64,000 nucleotides of DNA from Nymphaea colorata (lineage: Eukaryota): assembly GCF_008831285.2 (NCBI RefSeq), contig NC_045138.2, forward strand, positions 11,904,001 to 11,968,000. The letters are read 5' to 3'. Both the position numbers and the translations under genes were made by a program. Of the stretch, positions 49,888 through 63,636 are shown piece by piece. Each line of letters starts with the position of its first letter. Positions within the stretch are counted from its first letter, which is position 1. The notes below the pieces were generated by a model. It did no database searches. It was not told the origin of the DNA and saw nothing but the letters and a program-made list of their open reading frames with translations.

Positions 49888-52649
49888 CTTAAAAACAACA
49901 AATCAAAATTGGTAGGTAGACTAACATTGAAAAGGAAGAGTTTAAACACATGATCATACTACCTAAAACATAATCAAACTCTTATGTTTTTAAATTGCTT
50001 AATCTCTAAACACAAATGCCTCTAAACAGTATATGCATAAACAAAAACTATTAGGCAACAAAAAACTAAATAACTTAGAAACAAACTAAACATTTAATAA
50101 ATGACAAACAATATAGCACCATGTGTTCATTAGTAAGAGCTATAGTGCAAATTTAGGTTTCTACAACATTTTGTCTAATGAGTAGCAGATGACCATCGCC
50201 GACGTTCAATGCAGCTTATGTTTATGCATATGATTCACATATAAATTTCATGCAATTTATGTCATTTGTTTGTTCATTGTCATTGTCACTAGTTGGGCAA
50301 ATACATTATACATCTCTTGATATTCTCTTCATTTGTTTGGCTACTGTTTGCAGATTTTGTTGGACTTGCTACACTTTCTTAGCTTTTGTAGCTCCTAGTC
50401 TATTTCATATATTTTACTTGATCTATTCTTGGATTTAATTTATGCTATTTTTGTGTTACTATTTTAAAGGTTTTTTTATGAGATGGACTCATTTTTATGA
50501 ACTTAGACACAAATTCTTTAATCTCTTCTATGTTTCTAGAGAAATCTCATATCATGAAAATTCTACTATGTCAATAAAGACCGGCAGTAGCGAAGCAGCC
50601 AATGAAGAAAAGAAACAAATTCGTAAAAAAAATTTACATAATCATACAAGAAGATGTGCTAAATTGTCAGGAACAAGTCAATGCAGATGTTCTTTTGTCC
50701 TTTTTCCTTGCTCTATTGAGTTGGTTGTACATTGTTGGGCCTAAGAATTCTAGGTGTCTTTTCATTATTGCAATTGATGGATGTGTGTCTCATATTTGTG
50801 TTACTTCAATTTTCTAGGTTATGTAACAAACTTTACAAGTATCCAACCATGATAAAAAGTAGTATACTTTATTCATCAAGGAGCATGTAAATAACCATTG
50901 CATGAAATGGGAGTGGCTTGTTAACCAAAATAAGGTCAGATGGTCTGGACCAAATTCCCAAGCCCCTACTAACATGGCTGATTATGCAGTTAAGTCATGC
51001 CATGCATTGAACAAAAGGTTTTACAATTAGCTAGACAAATTATTTATCAGAAAATTGTTCTTATATTGCTAGGTTTTTTATCAGAACCCAATCATGTTAA
51101 ACATGCAACCACCTTCCATCATGATATGACAAGATAAAAACCTTAACTAAGCTTCTCAAAGCATGACAACATACAAAAAATTGTAACAAAGAAATACTCT
51201 GGAACCAACAACATGACAAAATAAGGAGGAAACTATGAATTCAAGTTATGAAACTTTGGAGTTTCATTTAGACACGTGAATTCAATATAGGATGGCCTTC
51301 AATTAAAAATATTCTTTCTCATGAGCACTTATTGCTTGTAGGAAACATGTTTTTTGAGCTTAACAGTAGATATGAGTGGATACATAAAGGCTACCAGAAA
51401 TAGCAAAAGACAAAAGGGTAAAGTGAAAATGGCACAATGAGTGTATCTATCTTTTTCCTTGGTAATTTTAGAATGACATGTTTGATGGACTTGTAAAATG
51501 ACTGCTCTTATCATTAGCGTTCATTGGGTACTTGCACTACATTGTCATGGAGAGATCAGTAATTTGATTTCTAAAAGGATCTAATATAACTTTTTACTTC
51601 CATTTGTCGCTAACCTTGCTGACCAAGTCTAATGGCCTAAATAGATTGAAATTCTAACTCATTTGATTGATGTCTATAGCATTCAATGGAATTATGCATG
51701 CTCATCCTTGTTGCCGTGAGCTATAGAAGTTTCTTTGGGAATAGACAACTTCCTCATCATTCAGGCATCATTTTAAGGTGTAGGCTGCTAACACTCTTGT
51801 CGGTAGCCATGCAATATGACAAATAAGGTTGTATAACATCCCAACTGTACATGTATAACCTTCTAAAGCTAAAACAATAATTGATCCAAAATATGTATTA
51901 AATCTATGTCCCCCTAAACTCTATATATATAAGACTATAGATGCATGAAGAAAGCTGCAAACAAGCATCCAAGTTTTGTTTGAGCACATAAATTTAATAA
52001 TTTCATACACATCATCGTGACAATCAACTATCCCAACATTTCAATTCTACCTTAATGTTGACCTAAATAATATCTACAACCATTAGAAGAACAAAAAAAG
52101 ATTCGCAATGTCAACTTGTTAATTCTTGACCATGATACTATTCAAAACAATTATGTTTTTTACTTTCCCCTCATTACTTATATTTGAAAATTCTCCAACA
52201 TTTCAACTAGGAAACCACCAAACATTAGCTAAGTTCACTTTGATGATGAAGGAAAAATGTGTTCCATACTTGTCCCAAGAAACAATAGCTTCAAACATCA
52301 TTATAATGAATTGAATTTTCTTTGAGGGGCATGTGCTGCTACTTTTAACTGTCTTCCTAGTATTTCTTCCTAAAATCATGAGTTTTGAGTTTGATTTGAT
52401 TACCCTCTGTCTTAGCATTTGTACAAATAAACTTTATCTTCAATCTTGTGATTGACACATTTATCATGCTACTTGCATTTTCTTTTTGAAGATTTTGAGC
52501 TTCAAACTACTTCCCATGTTCCATTGCTCCTACAACATGACTGAATTTATACGAATTACAAGTACTTATTCCTAGTTCTAAAAGAGAAAATACCTCCTGA
52601 CATGTATAGTTTCTTGAAAATGACATGTTCCCAATTCAAATTAAGCACA

Positions 52650-55600
52650 TTGGATGGAATCTTTGAGAGAGGGCTTTCATGCAGAGTGGGGAAACCCAAG
52701 TGAGGTTTGTCGAAAGCATCTTGTGCAATGTTGGATCTTGATGATGTGGGTGGTGTTGGAGGTTGATCAAAATGTGGATGGATGGGGTTCTAGTAGATTC
52801 CATCAATTGATCAGGTTGATGGTGCTTAGGGTGTTAACCCTCATTCTTGGGATTCAATGGTGACCAATGAAAGAGATTCTTTACCTCAAGATTGTGATGA
52901 AGAGCTAGATGCCCCTAATCTTTCTATTAGGGAGTTTGAAAGAAAAGTAGTAGTTATTCCCATGGAAGCACATGAGAGAATAACCCAGTCATTCAGATTG
53001 ACAGAAATTACCACCCTTGCTGGTGTAACCCAAGCGTTAAGTTGACTATGTTGTAATCTTCCAAGATCACAATTTAACCCAAAGTTTTATTCTCCATCCA
53101 ATTATCCTCTATAATAGACATGGAGGAGGTGATATTGCTTGGCAAATAGAAAGTGTGTGGGCAGTTTCTCATTACCTCCAATGGGATGTAAGGATGTTGT
53201 TCAAGATTGAAGCGGCAACCCATGTTTTTCTATGGATTCGACTCCTTGACCTCCGGATGCATATGTAGAATTGCAAGATCTTTCTAGGTCTTGCAAAATT
53301 GATTGGTGGTGCTTTTGTAGATGCTGATGGATTCACCAAAATGCATTCCAGGTATGAATTCACCATCATCTTAATTTGTGTCCCTTTAAGTTCTAACCTT
53401 GTTATTGTCCTATGCATTGTAGATGGAGCCTCTATTATAGAAGAATCAACACAATACGAATCCAAGATTTAGTTTTGTGTCGTGTGTGGTACGACTTCCT
53501 ATGGCACCTTGGCTTGCCCTAGACAGCTGAGTTCTTCTAAGAATGAGTTTCTGACTTCAAATGGGTGGGAGTAGGCTAAATTTGTCAAATGCTGAATAAG
53601 AATAGATGGGAATAAGGGTCAGAGACAAATGAATCAGGTGAACTCATTTGCTGCATTGCAAACTAATGCTAGTAAGGAGACTATTCAGGATGATGTTATA
53701 ACTGCCAATTTGATTAACCTAATGGGCCATTACTGATCAGACTAAAGATATTAATAAAAACAAACCTGGGTTTGCACCAGTTGCCTTTGTTGCTAATTCT
53801 ATTGAAGGAGCCAGTGGCATGGATATAGTAGACACAACCAATATAGCTAGTGAGTTCCTAATTTTGACCATGCATATTCCTAACAATCTTTCTAGTCCTA
53901 AATGAAAAAAACTTATTGTGACAAAGATTAAAGGAAATGTTTTTGGTTTGGCTATATGAACTTATAAAAATGATTCTATCAGTGGGAAGAAGCATGGCCT
54001 TAAGAATAAGGAGGTCAATTCTTTCAAAAGAAAAGAGTTGACGTAGGGAGATGAAAAGACTCAGATAGAGAAGTCTGTGGTCGTTAAAGATAATAAGTCT
54101 ATTGTTATCATAATAGTAGACAACAAAGAGAACATTCTAGATCTCTTCTTAATTCAGGAAGCATAGAGGCTGACTTTTCATGTTTATGAACATAATTAGC
54201 CGGAATGTGAGAGGGCATGCTAACAGAGCAGCTTGTAGAGTTTGTTTGCATTTAGTGAGGTCACATAACCTAATATTTTGTTTTTGTTAGAATTCCTAAT
54301 TTATGCAAAGCTTATGCTGAATTTTATTTTGATTTTAATTTGGAATTAGAAGGTAACTGGGCTAGAATCATTGTTGGCTAAAGGAAGTCAAAATTGATGT
54401 TACAAAGCTCCAAATTCAACCTTTTCTGGATGGACTATAGCTTTAAAGAAATCCAATCTAGACGATAATTTGATGTTACTGATGTCTAACTAGTCATGCT
54501 CTTGTAGTATATTCTTGTATGATGTTTAATTCTTTCATTCATTTTGTCAATTTGGAAGAGACTAAAGAAGAGAAAGACTTGTTTACTTGATCTAATCATC
54601 ATCAATCCCAGACCTTGGATCTTAGTAAAAAGTGATAAATGCTTTGTTAAGAGGGTATGGTTAGACTCAATGGAATGTGTTAATCTTTTACAGATTGACG
54701 CAAGAGGTGTACCTAGCCATGTAGCTCTTACCTCTTCTCTTACTATTCAAAAATCTCTTCCGGTCGGTAAGAGAGTGTTTAGATACTTTAAATTTTGGAA
54801 AAGTTATCCCAGTTGTGAGCTAATAATCTATAACATATAGAATAACACTATTAGATGGTGTCTTATGATAAAACTCATCACCAAACTGAATAGATTGATA
54901 CCTAGTTTGATTCAACGAGTAGATAAATTTGAAGATGGTCAGAGAGAGACAAATTTGAAGTCATTAATTTAGACTTTAGAAGAAGATGAGGTTATGTTGA
55001 AGTAAATGGCCAGAGCTCAATAACAGTCATTGAATGAGATGGAGGTCGATTTGAGGATCCTACTAAAGTTCATGAGGCCTATGTTAGGCACTTCAAGAAT
55101 TTTTTTGCAAAGAACACACTTCTAGTATTCTTTTGGGGTATTTGTTGCGTGGGGAACCTTGTTACTGCATCTAAAAATGAATTTTTACTTAATCATATAT
55201 CTGATGGTAGATAGAGTGGGCTGTTATGGAATCCAATTGGAACAGTTATCCAAGTCAAGATGGATTCTCTAGACTATTTCTTTCAAAAGTAATGGGACAC
55301 GGTCAAGCTAGATGTTTATAATGCAATAAAAGACTTTTTTCGAAAGAAAAATGGTGCAGAAATTGGGTGGAATCATCTAATTTTCATTCCTAAAAAGGAG
55401 AATTCAAATCACATAATGGATTATAGACCTATCTCATTAGGCAATAGTGTGTTCAAATTTATATCTCATGTGATGGTTTTAAGAATGAAAAATATCTTAA
55501 ATCATTTAATTTGAGTTTAGCATGGGGCTTTCTTGCCCAGCAGAAGTATCCAATAGACATTTCTACTAACATGAGATTATTTTTTATATGTCTAAAGGCA

Positions 55601-56400
55601 GGGCAGTTCTATTGATGTTAAAATTGATCTAGAAAAGGCTTATGATCGAGTGGGCCGGGTTTTTCTTGAGACTGCATTAAAATATCTAGGGTTTCATTTT
55701 TAAGAAGATGCAAACGTCGCCTGAACCACGTGAAGGAAGGCTTTTTGATTGATTCAGGGCGTTTCTTCATTCTCTTCACTTGTTTGCCTTGATGGAATTG
55801 GCTTCGCTGCGTCAAACCCATTTTTTGTCTTTTGGCAGGCAGCGAGTCACCTGGGCTACAGATTGGGAGGTTGGTTGATTCTTTAAAGAACCTCAAGAAC
55901 GCTAGTAGACGAGACAATGGGTAGTAGGGTCTTTGAAATGGATCAATTAGTAGATTATGTCTATCTCATAGAATCATGTGTTGCATCTCCATGGCTTCCT
56001 ATGCCATCATTATAAATGGGAGAGAAAGTGAAATTTTTCATTGTGGGAGAGGTTTAAAGCAAGTTATCCTCCTACCTTTATCATCATGGAGATTTTCTCA
56101 AGGCGATCTCAGGCTGAGATTATGAGGAAGAGGATTGATATTCCAATCTTGTGTGGAGGAATTCCTGGGTCCCAATGGCAATATATGCAACTGATACTTT
56201 TATGCTTCTTAAGGCTTCCTATAAATATCTTTCCAATCTTACGACTATCCTGGCTGAGTTTGAATCATGTGCGGGTACCAAAATCGTCTAAAACCAGTTT
56301 CTTTCCTTTTGCATTGGATGATTATAAAGTGAACAACATTTACAATCAATTTGGTTGGACTAGAGGAGATTTTCCGGTGAAATACGTGGGGCTTCCTTGG
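52650..56400 (+). mobile_element. Degenerate L1-type LINE (ORF1 + ORF2 through RT), 3' truncated
   Basis: ORF1: WIRLLDL, YESK..FCVVCGTTSYGTLAC; ORF2 start MNIISRNVRG at 54186; DYRPISL, KIDLEKAYDRV, IING..RGLKQ, FPVKYVGLP. Confidence 0.88.
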
Positions 56401-56539
56401 TCTCGAAATGTGTGTTGTATATTCCCAAGGTGAAGTGATAGAAAATGTACCTTAATATTTCAATGATGTGACTCTATACATTATTGAAAACTTGGAGGAT
56501 CAAGGACCCCATCTCTCATGCAAATTTTGTGTCATTATT

Positions 56540-56850
56540 AACGAATTTCAGTGGCGCAACGCAAGTGTTAGTGAGATTGTACGCGTTCACTGACATGTCT
56601 ATCGTGTTATTGCATGATAATTACCGATATATAGTCTAACTATAACTTTTTGTGACACTCTTTTAAATTATTTCCAATGGGCTTTTTGCACACTAATTGT
56701 TCTTTTATTAGCATCTATGCTTTTCGCCATTAAATTATCAAAGGCATCAGTTTCACTGGTGTTTTATTTTGTGCCATAAGTCATGTCAATGGCCCTTCTT
56801 ATACGCTTAATTGGGTCATCTTTACTGATGTTTTTCCATCCACACATTTT
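56540..56850. repeat. CACTGAC-type subterminal-like repeats, possible end of the CACTA carrying the TnpA remnant
   Basis: TTCAGTGGC, TTCACTGAC, TTCACTGGT, TTTACTGAT motifs; TIR not recognisable. Confidence 0.35.
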
Positions 56851-58075
56851 ATTTCTTATATATATAGCAGTTGGCTCAGCTTCCTTTTAATTTGGTCTCC
56901 ACTTTTGCTTCATTGGAGTTGAAAAGTGTCACAATCCTATTAGAAATGGCCCACGCATGGACCCTGCCATGGGATACCATAAATTTTCACCACAAAATAG
57001 CTGGTATGCCTAAGACGTCCTGGATTTCCATTTCTAGTTTACCTTGTCATAGCTGACTATGATCGCACCTTCCAAATAGTCCGTCCTCATCTGCATGAAA
57101 AACAAATGTGGTTTCTTTTTCAGATGAAAGCCTGCAAGAAAAAAAAAAAGGCATCTATAGGGTAAAAAAAGGTTACATGGTTTGGTCTCTAATTACCACA
57201 TTTGAACTTCATTTATCAGTTTCATGGTCCCAGTCTTGCTGGCTAGAGGATTGTAGCTCTTGTTTCTTTCTTCTTGCTTTCAGGGTTTAGAATTGCGTTC
57301 TGGGTGATTGTCAACTCGAGAGTAGCATTTGCTCCCATTTGAGGTAGAGATGAATAGCACCCAAGAGAATCGAATTGATAACTGATCCTTCTCCAGCCCA
57401 CCAAGCCGACCGACTTGACCGAAGTGCGAGATCCATTAGGAGGCCCTTATTATATTTGAAAACAACACCATGCAACAAGAATCACTAAAGCCGTCGAGAT
57501 TGGATTCAATGAACATGCTTTATTTGAAGGTCATAACTCTATGATAAAGCTGCCTTACATGTCCTTTTCAGTGCCGTCTTTTTCATTGCCTGCGAACCTC
57601 TATTCTTGGCACATAATTGTTTTAGACCAACTTACCGAAATAATCTATGCAGGCAGATCGTGATGTCAACCGATGTTGTTCCCTGAATCAGCAAAGTTAG
57701 GTTCATCTCATAATGCACCTTACCAGTACATAACAATGATGATGATGATGATAACATATTATTCCATAACAGTCCTCATATCTTTGGCTATTTTCTAAAT
57801 GCATTTTTTTTTTGGTATCCAATTTTTCAAGTTCATCCCTTTCCCTTTGAACATTTGGGCACCTTCATCCTTCGGTCTACTGCCGTTCACATAACCTAAC
57901 TTTTGAGTTCAACCTAAAAATGGTAAGTGAGCAAAAGGATTTATCACCTTGCCCTTAAAAGTTAAAATACTGTCCACTCCAGTATATAAATATGTAGCAA
58001 TTTTTATTAGTATTTCGAGCAGTTACTAGTGTTAAGAAGCTAATGACAGTTGTAACTTTCATGTCCATCAATTTA

Positions 58076-58326
58076 GAGGGTGTTTGATTACTTTAGATTT
58101 GAATTCCATGATTTGATGTGAATATGATGTTTCATGCTTTTGCTGATACAACAAAAGAACGATCTACAGTAAAATCCATGATTTGACAAGTTAAGGAACT
58201 TAAATCATACCTAACTTTGAATCCATATTTTACCTTCTGGTTTAAGATTGGAAAAGGAGAATCGAATCTTAAATTTATGGTTCTCAAATCATGAAGATTT
58301 TAGATCAAGGACAATGAAACGCCCCC
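58076..58326. mobile_element. Tourist-like (PIF/Harbinger) MITE
   Basis: TIRs GAGGGTGTTTGATT / AATGAAACGCCCCC (11/14); flanked by TTA and TAA. Confidence 0.6.
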
Positions 58327-59310
58327 TAAACAATATAAAAAAATCGTCGCTTTTTCATATCTCCATTTTGGAAGAGTTTATAACCTGAAAAATGTGGGCC
58401 ATTAATTTGAAATTCCTCATATGGTCTTATATATGCATTGGAAAAACGTTGTTATGCTCTCCAACATTATAAAGATCACATTGATGAAGTTGCTTCTTAA
58501 AAATGCTTATATTACATTTTTATGCTAAAAAAAATAAAAGGTTGATGCACGCTGATTCGACACACCCTGCAACCGATTACATTGGTCCAATTTTAATAAT
58601 ATTACGCACTGATCTCTCAAGGGAGTTCAGGTCCTACCACCAAGTACCTGCAGGGCTTACTGTCTCTCACAAAGAGGACATCTTACTTTCTAGGGTTGGA
58701 TCTTGAGATCTTGTGTGCACACCTATATATACAAGTATATATTAGAAGGGGTTGATGGTATTTTTGAACTTTTTTATAAAGCAGTAGACAGTTTAGACAT
58801 TCTAACTTTGTCATAATCATCTTTCACCCTTTCAAAAAGTTTTTTTTGTTTTAATGAAATATTTTAGTCATTGCATACTCTGTACATATTTTTTCATGTA
58901 TAAAAGTGTGCAGATAACCAGGTTCGATTTTATACATCAGAAATTTGGTGAGGCTATATTTTGAACACGTCGTATGAGATGGATAGCAAGTCAGCAAAAC
59001 AATATTGCGTAGGATCATACTTGAAGGCGACAATGTTTATGTGGATATGTTGAGCATCTGCCGTCCATTTTAACGACCAAAAGATGGGAGGTATTGATAA
59101 CAATAAAATTTATTAAACGTCCATTACTTTTTCAAAAATGCCCCAATGCTTTTGGTGCACATATGTTGCTGGTGCATACAGCACGAGGTAGACGGCAGTG
59201 TCTCCGACAAACCATGACACAAGTCAAAATCTTAATTGTTTTTGGGAAGATCGTTTCTCAAATTTCTCATGATTGTTACTTCCCTACATGAGAGTGTTAT
59301 ATCCTAGTTG

Positions 59311-59511
59311 TAAGAGCGAAGCTAGAAATTTTTTATTGCAAGGGTCAAATTATAGTTTTAAAATTTTAATATGGGTCAAAATAGGAATTCTTAAAATTTT
59401 TCTATATATTAAACAAAAATTTTTTAGGTGTACATATAAACTTTTAAAGTTTTTAAAATCTAAGGAGGAAACAAAGCCCTTGTTGCGCCCCACCCCCTTC
59501 CTTTTGCCCTG
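59311..59511 (+). mobile_element. MITE of the CAGGGGCGGAGC-terminus type (degenerate)
   Basis: TAAGAGCGAAGCTAG start, TTTTGCCCTG end, AT-rich interior; colinear with the reverse complement of 59577-59770. Confidence 0.6.
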
Positions 59512-59576
59512 TGTGTATTGTACTTCACTTAGGTTTCAAACTCATGAGGCTGGATAAATGGAAGGGACATTCCGGT

Positions 59577-59770
59577 GAGGGGTGGAGTCAAGGTAGGGCC
59601 TGCATGGGCCCGGGCTCTACCTCAAAATTTGTTAAAAAAAAAATTACATGTAAATTTGAAAAAAATCACTTCTATATAAAATTTTTGAAAAAATAATATT
59701 TTGAACCTAATAAAAAACTTAAAAACTTTAATTGGCCCATTCTCATGAAAATTTTTCAATTCTACCCCTG
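59577..59770 (-). mobile_element. Related MITE in inverted orientation
   Basis: TIRs GAGGGGTGGAGT / ATTCTACCCCTG; no TSD seen. Confidence 0.65.
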
Positions 59771-60730
59771 AGGTCTTTTAATGGTGGGTTGGGTTGTAAA
59801 CTTCCTAATCACCGAAACAGACACTACAGCATGGGCACTTCTATGAGCATATGACTAGTAATTAAGGATCAGCCTAGCTACCGGTTTGCCTGCCCAAAGA
59901 GAAAAATAGGATGACGCGCCCTTTGGAAACTTGGGGGGTACAAAATCCTTCTTTTCAATGAGCTGAAGAATTTGCAAATTAATTAGGACGGCATTATGAT
60001 GAATTTACTTCGATCTTCATTATATATGTGGACCTTGTATAAATCGTTTCTGGCTCATGCGCTTTGGTTAAAACAACGTGCAACCACGAACCTTTGAAGC
60101 GCTATAGAAGTAAAATTGGGGATTTGTTAATTCATGGCTTCTATAAAACATGCAAACACGGACACTGAAGAGTTGTTTGGTAATAAGAACATAAATACAC
60201 ATTGGAGTAGATTCATTCAATGGTAGAAAGCAATGTTTCATGAATCGGTCTCAATCTTCAAAACAAATTCATGCAACAAAGTATTAATTTGTGTTTCCAT
60301 TTTCAAATGCCCTATAAAAGTTAGGTGAAGCAAAAGTCCCCAACTGGCTTCAATCACAATAGGTAGGTACCCTTATCGGTGCGCAACTACTCCCTTTCCC
60401 TCACGCCAAATATTTAGAGTTCATGAAAGAGACATTTTCCTTTCAAATTAAGAGGAAAAAAATATGGGAAGAAACTAAAGGGAAAAGGGCACACTGTAAA
60501 CCAGTTGTAATGCTGACTTTTATTGAGCACAACAATACCCACTCAAGGGTGAATAAGGCTTCCATTCATAAAAGTAGTAAACATTAATACCAAGCCACCA
60601 TGGATAAAAACCAATAATGTAGCGGCAGAGAGAGAGAGAGAAAGAGTCCTCTTTCTCTTCACTGGCAAGCATCGGCCGGCCTGACTATCCCACTCAAAGA
60701 AAAGTGGAAGTTCAACCCTTCTCCCTTTCA

Positions 60731-61610
60731 TTATACTGACTCTGGCAGTCTGATGGGTTCTGATTCTTGTTCCTGGTCCTCTTCACCAATAATATGGCTC
60801 CCAAAAGACATATAATTGTACCACTTTGCACACAACAAGTAGACCACAAAATCAACAACACTGAGACCTGCCAGAAGGAAATAGAACCTATCCATGTGCC
60901 CATGGTTCAAGTTCCCTGGTATCCAGCCAGGGCTATGCTTCATTGTGGTGATCCACATGACTATGCTCACCAGCCAACTACTAACATAGTTTCCAAAGGA
61001 GATGGAAGCCATACACAGGGCACTCCCAAAGCTCTTCAGCGCATCCGGTGCCTGCCCATTGAAGAACTCCAGCTGGCCAACGTACATAAACACCTCTGAT
61101 GCCCCAATCAGACTGTACTGAGGGATCTGCCACATTATGCTCAGTGACGAGCCCTCTGCTGAAGCCGAGTTTACCTTACTTAACCTTGCCAATTCTACCA
61201 CGCCGGCAGCCACCATTGCCAACATTCCTATAACCAGTCCTGTGCCCATGCGCTGCAGCTCTGTCAGCCCCCTGGGGTTGCCGGTGAATCTCGCCGCCAG
61301 TGGAGTGAGCGCCTTTCGGTATACGAATATGAACACCAACACGCTTAAAATGTCGAAAGCCGACATGCTCGCTGCAGGGATCTGGAAACCGGCGATCTTG
61401 GTGTTCATGGCCGCGCCTTGTTCCACGAACAGGGAGGCCATTTGAGTGAAGACGACGGAGTAGAGGATGGTGCAGAGCCAGATAGGAAGCATCTTAATCA
61501 CACACTTGACTTCCTCTACTTGGGTTACGGTGCAGAGCCTCCATGGATCTGTCTTTCCGGTCTCCAGCGTGAGGTCTGAGGGAGTCACTGTGGCAGCCTT
61601 ATCCAAGAAA
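60731..61610 (-). CDS. NPF7.3: NRT1/PTR family (NPF7 clade) transporter, last coding exon
   Basis: AG acceptor at 61611-61612; phase gives R-FLDKAA; PWRLCTVTQVEEVK, WQIPQYSLIGASEVF, QAPDALKSFGSAL, GNLNHGHMDRFY; TAA stop at 60731. Exact orthologue (NPF7.3 vs NPF7.2) uncertain. Confidence 0.96.
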
Positions 61611-61966
61611 CTATAAGAGAAAGAGAGAATTAGCATGGTTAGCGGGCATTTAGAAATTCTAATTGAATTCAAGCTAGGAGAGCATATGTATCCATGTATA
61701 CCCATGTCAATTAGGCAATCAGTTGGATTTGATTAGACTGGATATGATCAAGTTCTACGATGCCACATCAAGTTTTAGTACGACAGAGTTCAATGCTTCC
61801 ACATTTCTCAAAAAATTGTTTATGGTGGTAGCTAGTTTAAATTTTCTTGGTAAAACTCGGTCACGTTTTATGAGATCATGATCCCAGTCTGTTTGTTAGT
61901 CTCTCAAAATTAAACAACTCTATTTTGAAATATACACTGCAAATTTACATAACCATGCAAGCTCAC

Positions 61967-62529
61967 CGGAAGTCATCACTGTGCAAAATCTTCCTGCTTC
62001 CAGAAATGGCAGACTCGTTCCCTGCCAACTCATACAGTTTCTCTCCACTCATTGGCACGTCAACATGCCATTTCCTTGCAGCGGCGGTGAACACTTGAAG
62101 GATACGCGGCAGAGGATTGCCGGACGGCTTGAAATGCCGGTACCTGAACGTGCCGGCAAGGAAGAGAAGCAAGGCCAAGGTCGCGGACCCGGTCGATGTC
62201 CAGAACCCGAGGCTCCAGCTTCCAGAGTTCTCGAAGTAGGCCAATATGGTATTGGAGAAGAAAGAGCCTAAATTGAGTGCGAAGTAAAAGTAACTAAAGA
62301 ATGATAACTTAGAGTGTGATTCCTTGGGGTCTTCTTCATCGAACTGGTCAGCTCCAAATGTTGCTATTGTTGGCTGGTACCCTCCATTCCCTAGGGCGAT
62401 GAGATAGATGGAGAGATAAAACAGCCCATTTTCCCAAGAAGTGTGAGGCCGGCACTTGAGAGCTTCGTTGCCACAACCAGACGGCCTGATCAAGAACAAG
62501 GAAGAACACAGTGACAAGAGAAGGAGGCC
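61967..62529 (-). CDS. NPF7.3: NPF7 transporter, internal exon (563 bp)
   Basis: CAG acceptor and GTGAGC donor; PTR2 signature FYLSIYLIALGNGGYQPTIATFGADQFD; FFSYFYFALNLGS; phases match both neighbouring exons. Confidence 0.96.
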
Positions 62530-62776
62530 CTGTCCATCAATTAAGCACACCAACATAGCAAAGTTAGTATACGAACAAAACACAATAACAAAGAAAATAT
62601 CACATCTAATTGCTTCGATTGATGAGAAGTTCAACAACTCCGACCTGGCTTAATTTTCCTATTTAAAGACAACAATTGGTGTCCTGATGACTGGGTTCCT
62701 CAGTTGGGATCCCTTTTCATAATTACATGGGTAGAACATAAATAAAAAAGTGCCATAAAGCATCAGGAGTTCCTTA

Positions 62777-62940
62777 GGATCTGTTTAGCAAATGGAACAG
62801 TTCTTAATTGTTTTAAGAATCTACCCAAATTATCAAAATATATTCATGTAATACTTTAACAAGGATTTCATGATTTTACCCAACTTTTTTGGGCATATTC
62901 ATGAAATACTTATAAACTATTTTTATTGTCAAACAGCTCC
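62777..62940. mobile_element. Tourist-like MITE in an NPF intron
   Basis: TIRs GGATCTGTTTAGCAA / TTGTCAAACAGCTCC (12/15); flanks TTA/TTG. Confidence 0.6.
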
Positions 62941-63095
62941 TTGGCAGCCTTGTAGCTAACTGATGTCATAATCTGCATGGTTTATGGGAGAATGAAGTAG
63001 TACAAAAAAATGTCATGCTTCTTTTTATACTATGCTTATTTCAAGGAGTCATAGTGCACTAAGCAACAAGGTGGTCTACCTTGTAAAGGGAATTG

Positions 63096-63153
63096 AGTTA
63101 AAATTCTAGGGTGGCCGCTATCACAGTTAAAATTTTAGGGTGACCGCCATCAC
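63096..63153. repeat. 29 bp tandem duplication in an NPF intron
   Basis: AGTTAAAATTCTAGGGTGGCCGCTATCAC / AGTTAAAATTTTAGGGTGACCGCCATCAC. Confidence 0.85.
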
Positions 63154-63636
63154 ACCTCAATGAATTGCTATTTTGAATCATAATAGAGTTTGATAGCAAG
63201 TTCTGGGCACAAGAAGGACCAGAAGCCTTTCCTCGGAAGGGAGTGGAAAAACCCACTCATCATCCTTATTGAGAAGATAAAAAAAAGTGCAGCTAGTACC
63301 TTTTTATGCATATTGCGTATGGTTTCCACTTTTTTTTTATATTCCATATTCCTTTCAATATTTACTCAAAGAAAAAAAGGAGAAAGCTCCAAATTAATGG
63401 GCGTGCGTACGTGTCAGGATTTTGCACAGATCAGTCTTCTCGTTTAGATCAGATCGTAACATTCCTTGATCTGGGTACTGCATTTTCTTCTCCCTGGTAT
63501 ATTTTTCAAGCTTAATCGGCAGACGATACGCTAGTTTCAACTTTGATCTCTAGCCGAAAAGTTGAAAGGATTGATTAAAAAAGGAAAAACAATAAGCGAG
63601 AGGGAAGCTATATAAAATGGGAGAAGACGGACGTAC

